A DNA stretch of 64,000 bases, from contig JAQGDQ010000593.1 in the NCBI GenBank assembly GCA_030141605.1, positions 1 through 64,000 of the forward strand. Direction: 5' to 3'. The notes under the pieces are model-generated. The model ran no database searches. It was not told where the DNA came from and was given only the letters and a program-made list of their open reading frames with translations. The stretch comes from Tubiluchus corallicola (Eukaryota > Animalia > Priapulida). This document shows, one piece after another, positions 23,878-36,050 of the stretch. A program made the position numbers and the translations under genes. The number at the start of each line of letters is the position of its first letter. Position 1 is the first letter of the stretch.

Positions 23878-25019
23878 AGCCATCATTGTTATTATTATCT
23901 CGACCAATTATTATCATAACTACAACTTGATCAGTTCAAAATATGGGGAATCTTCCAACTGCTTCTGTCTGGGATTCTTGTTCAATTTTTTCCCTGATTG
24001 TAATAAAACAACTGATTGAAAGCTAAAGATACTGTGGTCGGACATTCTTACTGTAAATTTTGTAAAATCCCAGAGAAGTTAACCAGCTGAATTTCTCGAG
24101 TTTACATTCCAGTAGATTCACTACTCTCTTTGTATTACTTGGCAGTTGGCACAAGTACTATTTCTGTTGTGTATAACATTGTTATTGTGTGATCAAAGTT
24201 GTTTTTGTGTCAGCGCTCGCATTAAATTTTAGATTTCTGATTTAATAATAATAATAATTTCTGATTAATATTATTCATATAATTAGGAAATAACCATCTC
24301 TCATTTGCTACTTAAAGCTATGAAGAACTTATAATATATTATCATTATATAGTTTTAACTGCAATGTTAGATATAATAATTGTGTATTAATGTGTAAATA
24401 TGGGAAAGAACGTCACTTTCTGTAGATCTCAAGTTATAGGCCTGTTGCTGATGACGAACTCAAGGTACATACTCTTATCAGTGTTGAATATTAACCTCTG
24501 TAATATTTGTTTATTGCTTAGGGCAAGAATTAATAATAAACCATTACATTAGTACTTTATTCACTAAAAGGTGGCAGCACAAGCTGTGTGTTCTGCAGTG
24601 GCTGCAGTCCTTTGAGTTCTGCATACCTGCAGTACGATCTATAATAGGTTTTGTTAACTGTTTGATTTCCAACCAGGTAAAGTGTAATTAAGACGCCACC
24701 TGCTGATGCATAATTACCAGCAATTAGATGGTTAATGTTCTTCTTAATTAACTGAAAATTAAATTAATGGCTTCATTGTCTTGCAGGTAAAATATTTATG
24801 TTACTGTTGCATTTAACTCTTAATTTTAAATGACATTTGACAGCAAAATATTATAGAAATGGAAAAAATAATTCTTAATGCAATGAAAAAACAGTATGCC
24901 AAATAAGAATTGAACCGCGACACCCTTTTGGCAACATCTAAAATGAAGTCACGTGAAGTTCCTGATTTCTTCCCTGCCCTAACCTTCACGCTTTTTATGT
25001 GTTCTTACTTGTTAGTTGG

Positions 25020-25358
25020 TAAGGGTGATCATCTTCTCGCCAAAAAGCAATTCGAATCGAACAGAATTTGCAATTTTCGATCTCGAATTAAACGGAATTT
25101 TGAGATTTCGAATGTGATTTCAATACTAAAGATTTTCAAACAAAAGGCGGCGGTCTCACAAACATCGTGTATATCACCTGATTTTATTCTGTAGTCAAAA
25201 CACTAATATTTATGTAAAAATATGTTCAGAAATCACAGCTAAATTGCGCTGATTAAAATGTTTTAAGGTCAAAGGGCGTTTGATACGTAGTTAAAGTACC
25301 TATTTTTAATCCATAATTTTAGGTTTGAATCAAATTCAAACGTTGATGCTCATTCCTA
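25020..25358. mobile_element. Old hAT-like MITE related to 8925-9235
   Basis: taagggtgatcatc ... gatgctcattccta ends, with TTCGAA-rich subterminal motifs. Confidence 0.45.
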
Positions 25359-25899
25359 ATAATTAGGCACTAGAAATTCTAAATGGTGAAAGTTTGAAAT
25401 GTATTCCTGCCAGTCTGAATGCTTTAAACACATTTAATGTAGTATAAAAAATTATTTTTTTATCTTTTTCCTTTATTCCTTCCTGTTTTTTGTTCTGTTA
25501 TTTGCTTATTAATTATTTTATCTTCCCACTCTGTTTCCTCATTTTTATATATCTTACTTTTTTCTTTGTTTTACTTGTTCATTTGCTTTTTTATACTTTC
25601 TTTGACTTTCTTGTTTTAGTCATTCCCATTTCCTCTCTGTTAAGTGACATGTATTCTGCTTAAACCCTTTTCTGTTCCACTTTTTCCATTTTTCTTCAAT
25701 CTTTTTCTCTTTCCACATACTCTTATTTTTCTTTCTCTTTCTTACGTTTTAATCTGTGCTTTTTTTCTTAAACGTTCCGTTTTCCTCTCTGTCTGTCTTT
25801 CCTACCTCGCCTTCCTTTCGCTATCCGCGAATCTGTTTATTGCTGTAATTACAACACTCAGTAGCTGTCTGTCCACTAGACCATGCTGATAGCTCTAGT

Positions 25900-26010
25900 C
25901 GCTTGTTCCCAGAACCCCTAGTCATAGACCACAAGCGGCCACCAGTAGACTCAGTGCACCTGCGCTGAGAGTGCGCGTCTGACGTCACCACGTTGCTACA
26001 CACTTCCAAA
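25900..26010 (+). promoter_or_regulatory. Candidate RNF220-like promoter with a perfect CRE palindrome TGACGTCA (25980-25987)
   Basis: Locally GC/CpG-richer patch ~380 bp upstream of the putative first coding exon. Confidence 0.4.
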
Positions 26011-26362
26011 TCGTTGAACTTGCAAAACAATATAATGTTGTCAGTCGTGTTCATAAGAGTTTGTGATTCCGGTTAACTTGTGCAATAAGTCTGTTAGCTG
26101 TTTCTGAAACAGATACGTTCTCGAGATGGAATCTTGACTTGATGATGTGTTGAATTTTTGCACTTTGTTACTGTGTTATGCGCTTCTAGTCGTTTAACCA
26201 ATAATAATGAGTACCGTCTGACTACGTGTAACCCCTATATACAATTATTTATATTTAAAAGTTAGTTTTACGGGTGGTTTTGTATATATTATAAAAACTT
26301 TGGTACCTGTCTAAAGGACGCTGGAAGGAGCGAGTTCAACTTTTCAGTCAGAGTTAAAAAAT

Positions 26363-26379
26363 ATGGTCATGGACATGAG
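26363..26379 (+). CDS. RNF220: Probable first coding exon of the RNF220-like gene (MVMDM + phase 2)
   Basis: ATGGTCATGGACATGAG|gtaaga is a strong donor and splices in frame to 28610 (AG+A TCT GAC TTG TTC ATG). Confidence 0.55.
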
Positions 26380-28609
26380 GTAAGAACTAAGAAACAATAC
26401 AGTACTGTCAATAACTAGTGCTTGATAGTAGTGCATCTGTAAATCTGTAACTAAAAAGTGCAATTGTGCGACGATACACATTCAGAAAATAAATTACGTA
26501 ACTAGTACGAAAAAATCTCAGAAGATTAAATTAAGTTATTACATGTAAACTTGTATATGCCATTATTTATAGTTTTTCTGTTAATTTTTGTAAGGGTAAA
26601 TTATTTAACAGAGAACTAAATTACATTTATTGTTTACTAAAATGAGTACAGGTTCACCGTTTTTGTTAACGCACTTATAAATATATTGACTGTTGTATAA
26701 TATTGTATTTAGCATCAGGTGTAAACAGTAAATAATAAACTATTTTTGTTATAATTACAAATCTCTATATTATACATGTACATAGTTAGCATTTTAAGCA
26801 TAATTATGCACTTTATTTATATTTTTCTACCATTTTTGCATAAATTTCTGTTGACTCATAAGTTTATTTATATGTACTGTTGAATACATTGTTTGAAAAC
26901 TATTGTGTCATGAGCACTTTAATATTTTAAGGTAACGTGCAGTTAGCGCAAATACCTGCTCTCAAAATAATTATTTCTACTTGATTAAAACTAACTTTTC
27001 TAATAATATTTCGGATATTTCTTTCTGAAATTTTGCCAAAAATGAATTTGTCCGCGATAGAATTGATTTGAGTATGTTGCAAATTTAGACCTCATTTAAA
27101 AATTTGATAAATTAACCTGTGCAAGATCATTAATTTTCGAAAATTTGATTTTCTTTAACTTAATAAGTTATACTGCTTTAAATTATTTAATTAAATCAGT
27201 GTATAACATTAATAATGTTGTAAGACGGAGTTTTATGCCTTTAATTTCCAGTTTTTCTTGCCCAAGGCCAGTGCTGATAGGCGGTAAATGTTTCCGTCAA
27301 ATAGGATATGCAGTTAAATTGTATCAAAAATTGTTCTAAGAATCTTACTAATAGTCTTGTGTGGCGAATTTTTATTATTGCAATTTCTCGCCTAATTATA
27401 TTGAAATAAGATTTTATTGATATTCTATTCTTTTATGTACATGTATAAAATTGTACAATTTTATATCCACTTTATTCGTTGCTCATTTTGCGTGAATTCC
27501 ATAAATGATAACGGAAATAGTTCCAAATCCTGTTGGATCAAGATTGCAGTTTTTAGCAAACGAAAGTGTAAAGTGTTTATTGAAAATTTACCTCATAAAA
27601 TTGAAACATATCAATCAGAGGAGGCTTTGTTTACTTTGTTCATATATATTTTATTTCTCTGTACGTTTTCTTTAATCTCTGGCAGTTTGTTAGAGCGCTG
27701 TGATTTTAAGATTTTGAAAAATTTTCTGTGTCTGACTTTTTAACGACAAGAGAATGTTCAGCCTGACGTCAGCCTCAAAAATGTTTTAAGAGTAAGGTGT
27801 TTTAGTTTTGCATTAGAACTGTTAATTACGTCCGTTCTTCAGTTACTTGTGACCGGCATGGTCACTGATGGATAGGTGCTGACCACAGTATCAGCTTTAG
27901 GAGTTAGATATATGAAATTTGAATTAGCGTCCAGCAAACAGTGGAGTTGTAGAAAGATGTTTTCAGCAGGTCTTATCAAGACTTTACGACACCCTAGACT
28001 GATAGTTTTGCCCACCCGTCTCTATGGTGAATTCATCGTTGTTTATGTAATGAACAAGCCAAACAATTACTTGTGGTGTATTAGAAACTAAGTGGTCATT
28101 ATTAATTACATGTATTTGCGTAGCTCTAATATTCAAATAAGCCAAACAACTGCTTGTTGTGTAATACTTTACACCTATATGTAGCACTTATATAAGAAGC
28201 TGTGCTGAGTAACTGCCTGTGGTGTGTTATAAAATGCACCCTTTACATGAATATGAAAGATACTCATTTTCCGAGGAGAATAAGAATTTTTTCTAAAACG
28301 TAATGCCCCTCAAACTTTGGCACCCTAGGGTACGGCCTAGTTAACCTATTGATTAATACATTCCTGGTTTTTAGTACTCGGTACTCGGACTGTTCACTTT
28401 TAAAAGAACTTTATGAGATTGCTGCATTAAAGGATTTCCTTGTGTTAAATGCATTTTTTCTAATGGATCATGATGGATCAGACAGCTGTAGTAACCATTA
28501 AGGATATCCAGTGTGTATATTGTTTTGCAGTTGTGTGTTAAACTTTGCAAAGCCAAATTCTGCTGTGATTATTACAACCAAGTATCTAAATTTTCTCTGT
28601 CTTTTCCAG

Positions 28610-29199
28610 ATCTGACTTGTTCATGCGCCTCAAACAGTTGGAGGGGTTGATGGAAAGCCCCTCCTATATTCCAAATCCTCTACCACCCAGCAGCTTGTTC
28701 GTACTATCCTCAGCAGCCGAGGCGCCATCAGTGCCCGACAGATCGAGCCGCCATCTTGCCTATAGTCAGGTTATGGACAAAAATGTTTACACCGTATCAT
28801 CGTACGGTTTGAGTCCCTTGTACCGACATATGGACGGTTTCGCTAACATTGCACCACACATGATTCGCATGCCCCCGTTCGGACAGCCGCGCCTACCCCT
28901 CATCAATCCTACCGGGGGTGGCGCGTTTCGACCGGTGCTGAACCCCGTCGAACAGGACGGTCATCATCACGGTCTGCTTCCGGCAAAGCGAGCGAAAACG
29001 GACGACGTCCCGGAGCGGACCGTCAGTCACACCCGCGTTCGCAGCTCGTTTCCGGAGAGCACGGTTTCCGTAAAGCAGGAACAAGGCGGAGACAATGGAG
29101 ACAGCGCGGAGGTGGAGTCACTAAGCACGGAGCTATCAGAGGGTGTGAATGACTCGCACAGTGAAAGGTCATCTCCGGAAGAAGATAGGACCTTGAGAG
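28610..29199 (+). CDS. RNF220: RNF220-like E3 ubiquitin ligase, large N-terminal exon
   Basis: Acceptor tctgtcttttccag, donor GAG|gtatgt (phase 1). MESPSYIPNPLPPSSLFVLSSAAEA, GGAFRP, PAKRAK and SSPEEDR match recalled RNF220 MENSSYLPNPLASPALMVLASTAEA, GAFRP, PAKRLK and SSPEDR. Confidence 0.9.
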
Positions 29200-29312
29200 G
29201 TATGTTTTTGGCTTCGTTGCTATGGGTTTTTCATGAATTTACTTTTCTGTTATGCGTCATGAATTGTTTGTTCTTCGCTATCTAGTTCTCGTTCGATCTC
29301 GTGTTATAACTA

Positions 29313-29635
29313 CAGTCAACCCTCGTTTAACCGGACTAATTGGGGGGGGTGGGGGGTGGTACAGTTTAGCCGATTGTCCGATTTATCCAATATGGCTATA
29401 TTATACAGGAATAATCACCTTAATAAGGCCTATATACTGTGCACTATATACTATACTGTATATTACTTTAAAATAGTTAACCTGTGAAGATAAAGAAATT
29501 ATTGTACAGTTGGTAGGCCGTGTTGTCTTTAGCGCTTGGGCTCGGACGGAAATCAGTCAGTTTCCTTTACCACGGATGACGTCCGTCTTATCCAATATCC
29601 GGGCTAACGGGGTCCGGTTTAACGAGGGTCGACTG
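29313..29635. mobile_element. pogo-like MITE
   Basis: TA|CAGTCAACCCTCGTTTAACCGGAC ... GTCCGGTTTAACGAGGGTCGACTG|TA. Confidence 0.9.
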
Positions 29636-29980
29636 TACGTATATGATGGTTTGAATCGTTTCCTTGTTTCTTGTCTACATTAAAGCTAATGTCACGATTT
29701 ACTCTGCTCATCCTCGACTGCTGAAGATCTGTATTAACTATAAATATAAAAGTTTTCAGGCAATCTCTGGGGCAGTTCTAGTCGTATAACTTGTGTCCTA
29801 CACCCGTTGCAGAGTCTTGCTTGACAATCTCACCGCTAGTGCCAGACACAGTGTTTGTTTTGTTTACAAGTAAAAATCTTCTTTTAGTATCTAAATCTTC
29901 TTTTCGATTTCTAGCATACGTCAGCTAACGTTTATAATTCGCTGCTGATCAGTTATCGGAAGTCCTTTATTCGTTTAGAG

Positions 29981-30294
29981 CAGTGGTTCCCAAAGTAGGG
30001 GTAAATTACCCCCCGGGGGTAATATGGTTTTTTTGGGGGGGTAACGGGCACCCCTCTGAAAATTTTTAAAACTTCGCTCGGAATTTTTTTTACGTAGTTT
30101 TCTTCTTGAAGAGACTGCCAACAATACAACAACAACACCTGGAAATTTATTTATGTCACGAGCAAACATAAATAATTTTGCTTGCTTGTGGCATATACGT
30201 GTGTTTACTTTTTGAGTAGTACTAGCTGGGGGGTAATGGACACGACCGGGTTTCCCGATTTGGGTAATGGTCCGAGAAAGTTTGGGAACCACTG
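29981..30294. mobile_element. hAT (Charlie-like) MITE
   Basis: TIRs CAGTGGTTCCCAAA / TTTGGGAACCACTG with a perfect 8-bp TSD gtttagag. Confidence 0.95.
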
Positions 30295-30479
30295 GTTTAG
30301 AGAGTCCATCATTAAGTTATATGTCTACTTCGTTATTTTCATTTGTTTAAATTCATCCTTATTTTGAGTTCTTACTATTTTTCTGTTATTGTTTGGTGTA
30401 GTTTATTTCCTGAATGCAAACTTAATTACGATGCAAGATTTCATTTGACGTGAATTTAACAATAATGTACTTCAGTAAT

Positions 30480-30778
30480 GTACAGCAGGATCAATACTAT
30501 ACCTATATAGTATTAATAATATATTTATATTTTTAATATAATATTTCTAGATTATACAATGTGAAAAAGATCTACAAATAATAATATTACTGCAGCTATG
30601 AATGCTTCATTTTCATAAAACATGTGGCATTAAACTTAAAATTTTGTGCTGCTTAGATGACCTCTAGTTTTTTTGCCGCCCCATTCTCTTGTTTCATTTA
30701 CTAATCAATTTTTTTGTAATTTACTTTATTAGGTAAGAAAAGCGAGAAATAAATTTACTTGAATTGAATAGAATTGAA
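30480..30778 (+). mobile_element. CR1/L2-type LINE 3' end remnant
   Basis: TAGATGACC motif at ~30654, then AATAAA and a TTGAA-repeat tail. The 5' boundary is approximate. Confidence 0.4.
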
Positions 30779-32615
30779 CATACAAAAAATGTAAAGGGAT
30801 TTTCGAAAGCAGGCGGAGAAATTGAACGGCATTAATTGTTAACAACATTTGTTTAAGATAGATTTTTTACTTGATATGAGACGAATGCAGAGTTTACTGA
30901 ATCCTGGATCCCTTCGGACTTGAATGTTCCATTAATATCCTCCCTTCTTTTCCGAAGAATTATTCGTGAGCAACTTTTATTGTGAATTGTAATTTAATTT
31001 GTAATTTATTGTCACTTCAGCATGTATTTTTACATTACAACTTGCATTATTATCTTTAACTATTAAGCGCTATAACTAGAAAATGAAATATAGTTACAAT
31101 AATTGTAACAGAACTACATTAGTATACTATAGCATGGAATAGTTAGGGAAAAAATTCCAAATATAATTACAAAAATGTAACAGAAGTGTACTAACATAGT
31201 TACTAAACTACACAATAGTTTGTCAACAAGAAATAGATGCTGCATGGTGGTCAAGAAGCAAAGCTTGTAAGACCACCATGAAAAGTGAAAAAACGACTTA
31301 ATTTACAAGAGAGACAATTATAGAAAAACTGGGAGTAGTTAAGATAAAATAATAGACAGAGATAGAGAAAAAGAGAAAAGAAATGAATTAGAAAGAAGTT
31401 CAGCAGAGACACGATGCAAAGTATGAAAATATAAACTGCAAAATGACCAGTCGCGGGATTTACTGTGACTATCGAACAAACGTGTTCATACAAGCAGGAT
31501 GCATCTACTTCTTATCCTTGTTTTGCTTGGTTAAGTCTTTGAAATATAAATTACTTGGCTTAATACATCTACGTACCTTGCAATCTCACAGGTATATATT
31601 ACCTGCATATACCAAGTGTCAAGTCCTAGTAAAGTCTCCTGGCTTTGAGATTACTTTCTTAACTTTTTCATAATGTTTGAGAGTTGTTTAGTCTGAGGTG
31701 TAAATTAACCGACTTATCTTTATGAAATATAGCTCGTCTTCATTTACAAAGTCGGCAATGTTGACACGGACTTGATAGTATCATTTACACAACAAACGTA
31801 CATAATTTACTACGTTGTATATAGTGTGTATATATACAAGAAGTATCGAGTTTATCAGAGTAGAGAATTTGCATAGATTACTTGGTACTGCAACCAAATC
31901 TTTTTCTTTTTCTGCCAATATAGTGAGATTATCAATGATATTCAGTGATTTAGCTCTAATAGAATCTCTCACATAATATGAAGGCCTATATAGTTGAATG
32001 TTGAAAAGGTAATTAGTTAATTATGCTGCTCTAATTGTGTTCCTTAAAACCAAACACTTGTCCGTAAATTGAATACTTTTATTTCTGGGATGAAATTAAA
32101 TGCCATAAAACTTATAAAGGTCGATAGGTGGCGACATTGTTTACAACCCCGCGCGACGACTCCCGCTTCGGTTTCTGGATGAATTATGGTACAACTGAGT
32201 GCAAGATTTAAATTATTTTATAATTATATGATCCGGTTTGGAGCCAGCCGTGGATTAACCATCCCGGACACTTCATGAACCTACAACTTGATCAATTGGT
32301 TCATTGGGCTTGCAAACAAAAACAAGTCAGCCAAAAATATAATCGTTTTTGTTCGTTTTTCTACAAACTTTTTCAGGCCTAAAAATGCTGCTTTCAAGTT
32401 GAAAACAAAGTTGATCTAATTCAAAACAAGTTGATCTAATTGAAAACAAGTTGATCTAATTGAAAACAGGTTGGTCTAATTGAAAACAAAAAAATCATGT
32501 AAATTTCTGATCTAGTATATTTGATTAGTTTAGGTAAGTAAGTTTGAGATAAAAAGCATAAATACATCCCGATACAATTACACACATTACAATTACAATA
32601 CAATTTACAATTTAA

Positions 32616-33190
32616 AGGAAATCACAAGTCACTCAGTATGTTGGGTTTATTTTACTGTTTTCACTTAAACTTAGAAAAATGCAACAAAGAAATTTGCTAG
32701 GAACTGTCTATGAAGCATAAGTTTAAAAAACTGTCTATAAAACATAAAGTTGATTTATACTACATGTACCGCTATGTAAGAATTTTCTGGCGCATTGGTA
32801 ACTGTCATTCACTTGAAGATTGTGATGTAACTGGTGGACATCGTGACTTTTTGTAAACGCGTTGTGATTTTCCGTAAGCATGCGCTGCTTAAACTAATTC
32901 AGTGTACCTAATGTTTATGCAAAAGTATCACAAAATTGCATTTTTTTTTGTAAAAACTCATTATACTTTTTGGAAATTGATGGTACACTTACCGCATTTC
33001 ATCAGCCTATCAATGACGTCACTGGTGGAACAATGAAGATTCACAGTCCCCAAGCGTGAAATGATCGAGACTTTGAAGTGATTTTACTAATTACGAAAGG
33101 CACTTATCACACATTGATTACTAAATACTTCTGTCATTTTTCGCAGACATTGAAATAAACCTAACTTCTCAGACGGGCTTGACTTTTCCT
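32616..33190. mobile_element. Kolobok-like MITE (TTAA TSD)
   Basis: TTAA|AGGAAATCACAAG...GGTTTATT and AATAAACC...CTTGACTTTTCCT|TTAA. Related inverted sequence at ~19000-19530. Confidence 0.6.
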
Positions 33191-34550
33191 TTAATTGTAC
33201 AAACACGAACAAAGAAAGCATGTTGGTAAATGAAGCAGTGCAGTCATAGCACCAAACTTCTTTAGTTTAAACATAATTTATTGTAGGATTGGATCAGACA
33301 CTTTGAATAACATGATTTAGGATCCTCACCACAACAGTCTTTATACACTATTTACACGAACATTTACAGTAAGAATAGACCATAACTACACAAGCTGACA
33401 AGTTTTACTACAAGATTACATTAGATATTAGTAACATTTACAGTAAGAAGAGACTATAACTACACAGGCTGACAAGTTTTACTACAAGAATACATTAGAC
33501 ATTCGTAGAAAATGACGGTTAGAAAATATTAATGTACGAATATTTAAGACTGATGCATTTTATGTCAGATAGAAACTACTGGAAGCGTTTAGTACGTAAT
33601 ATAAAGTCATGTATGCATTGGAATATTTTACAGTTAGCAACATAGTTAAATTCATCTTTTCCGAATAATATCAAACTTTTTTCCCGTTCATGGGTTTGAA
33701 CCTCTTCTAATTAATTCTGGCATTTTACCTAGAGATGATTAGTTTGTACTACTCTTCTGCGCTCTTTATTTCACTCTATTATCTATAGTTTGTTAAATAA
33801 GGTTTAATACCGTCTTTATCATTTGGAGAACCAATAAGCCATTGAGGAAGTACTGATATAATATAATATATAATAACGTTTTATTTCGTATCAAGGATAC
33901 AGTACATTATGAAAAGGTTTACAATAAAATAGAAAAAAATACAATACAATCAAATTACAATATATACAAGTATGTTATTTCACAGAAGGTTTATAAATTC
34001 ATTTTCTACTAAACGTTTTACATTAATACAAGACAAGTTCAGCAGTGTCGTATGTTTTGTACGGATAGATTGATACCTGGGTTCATTTCATAGAGAACTC
34101 TAACTCTATCTGGATGAGATATAACACTTTTATAAAATGTAAGTTTTCTTAAATAGTTCAGTGAAATCGTATTACAGAAGTACTGAAGCAATCTAACGCT
34201 CTCATTGCTTTTAAAATTCAATATTCTCCTGTAAACAGTGTTCCATGGATATATAATGAAATTGTTAATAAAGCCAGAATTTTGCAGTGCTAGGTTAGAC
34301 AGCAGAATATACAGAGTCCAAGAGTTGCTATACACGTCACGGCGTAGTGAGTTAAGATTAACATTGTGCTTATATTTGGTTCGTATATAGAGTTGGTGTA
34401 GTGTTAGGTATACAATAATAATGTTTACGTTGCTCAGGTACACAGGTGCATAAACTAATTTAGTAGCATGCATACATTAATTTAGTTGAATGCCGAGTAG
34501 TGGGCAAATACTAGAGTGTATTGTAATGAGTGTAATTTAGTAAGTTAGTA

Positions 34551-35184
34551 ACATAGCAGTATCACGTTTTGAATTTAATCAATGCGGCCATGGAGTATAA
34601 AACACTATAATGTATTTATATACAAAATATGTAAATTTATATATGTATAATTATATACAGGTGTAAATTTATATATGTATAATTAATATACAAGTGTATA
34701 TATACAATTATATACGTAGCAGTAACACATTTTGAATTTAATCAATGTGGCCATGGAGTATAAAACACTAATATGTATTTATATACAGTTGTAAATTTAT
34801 ATATGTATGATTATATAGAAGTGTATATACAATTATATACATAGCAGTAACACATTTTGAATTTAATCAATGTGGCCATGGAGTATAAAACACTAATACG
34901 TATTTATATACAAAATATGTAAATTTATATATGTATAATTATATACAAGTGTATATACAATTATATACATAGAAGTAACGCGTTTTGAATTTAATCAATG
35001 CGGCCATAGAGTATAAAATACTAATATGTATTTATATGTAAATTTATGTATGTATAATTATATACAAGTGTATATACAATTATATAAATAGCAGTAACAC
35101 ATTTTGAATTTAATCAATGCGGCCATGGAGTATAAAACACTAATATGTATTTATATACAAAATATGTATAATTATATACAAGTG
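34551..35184. repeat. ~120-165-bp AT-rich tandem repeat x5
   Basis: ttttgaatttaatcaatgyggccatrgagtataaaa recurs at ~34567, 34731, 34855, 34983 and 35102. Confidence 0.9.
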
Positions 35185-35257
35185 TTTTGCTAATTTTTTA
35201 TATACTATAGTCACCTGGGACAGTTTAGTTTAATACTTTTGTGTTTGTGCTGGTAGG

Positions 35258-35589
35258 CAGGGCATATTATAGGCCAGCATAGGCTGCAGCCTAGGACCTT
35301 CAAGCTTGCAAAGTCTTCAAGCTTTGATAAGATTTGTAAAAAAGTTGGTTTGCAATGAATAGTAAAATAGTGGTATTTTAACTATTTTTTAAATAATGTG
35401 TTTATTGACAAACAAAAGATATCTATTCTAGTTTATTTAAATAATTTGCACTAAGTTTACTTCAAGCTGTGTACGCACCGCGAGTAAGAAATGTTCAAGA
35501 TGGGTGCGGGCGAGTTTGAGGGTGACTCTGTCTTAGGGGGGGCTTAATTTCATTAGCCTAGGGGCCCTGGAAGTCGTAATCCGGCCCTG
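35258..35589. mobile_element. hAT MITE (CAGGGC...GCCCTG)
   Basis: 8-bp TSD ctggtagg/cttgtagg. Same family as 61860-62285. Confidence 0.8.
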
Positions 35590-35969
35590 CTTGTAGGATA
35601 ATAGGAAATGGAATTTATAATGGGAAAATAACTTTAAATGTAACTTGTAAGCTTGGAATTTGACGTTGAAATTAATGCGTTACCGATAGATATGCCAGCA
35701 CATATAAATCATTTAGTAATATTTGAGTGAGCAATTAACTTTGCAATGTTACATAAGACCCTTTGTAATGTCTGTGGTCTACTCACTTTATTGGCTGTTC
35801 TGACTGGAACTAGTTTTACAAATTTGTTACTTGGGCCGTTTGTTGTCTAGTTTATATCCCAGCTAATTTGTTACATTTTCCGTCTGTCTGCCAAGTGAAT
35901 CCTTTATAAACGTTTAGTCTGCTGATTCTGATTAGATTTGGTGCAGTTGTTATCCCTCACCCTGGGGTA

Positions 35970-36050
35970 CTAACCGTGCACACGTGTACTGGTCTTCCGC
36001 AAGGCTCAATCTTGTCGCCGCTACTAATAACCCAGTATATGTTTGTTAGC
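35970..36050 (+). mobile_element. LINE reverse-transcriptase fragment (GLPQGSILSPLL)
   Basis: GGTCTTCCGCAAGGCTCAATCTTGTCGCCGCTACTA at 35991 encodes the canonical non-LTR RT motif. Confidence 0.55.

Noticed and set aside
34039-34473. 144-aa minus-strand ORF
   Set aside because: AT-rich, no recognisable domain or splice signals. At most a decayed retroelement end.
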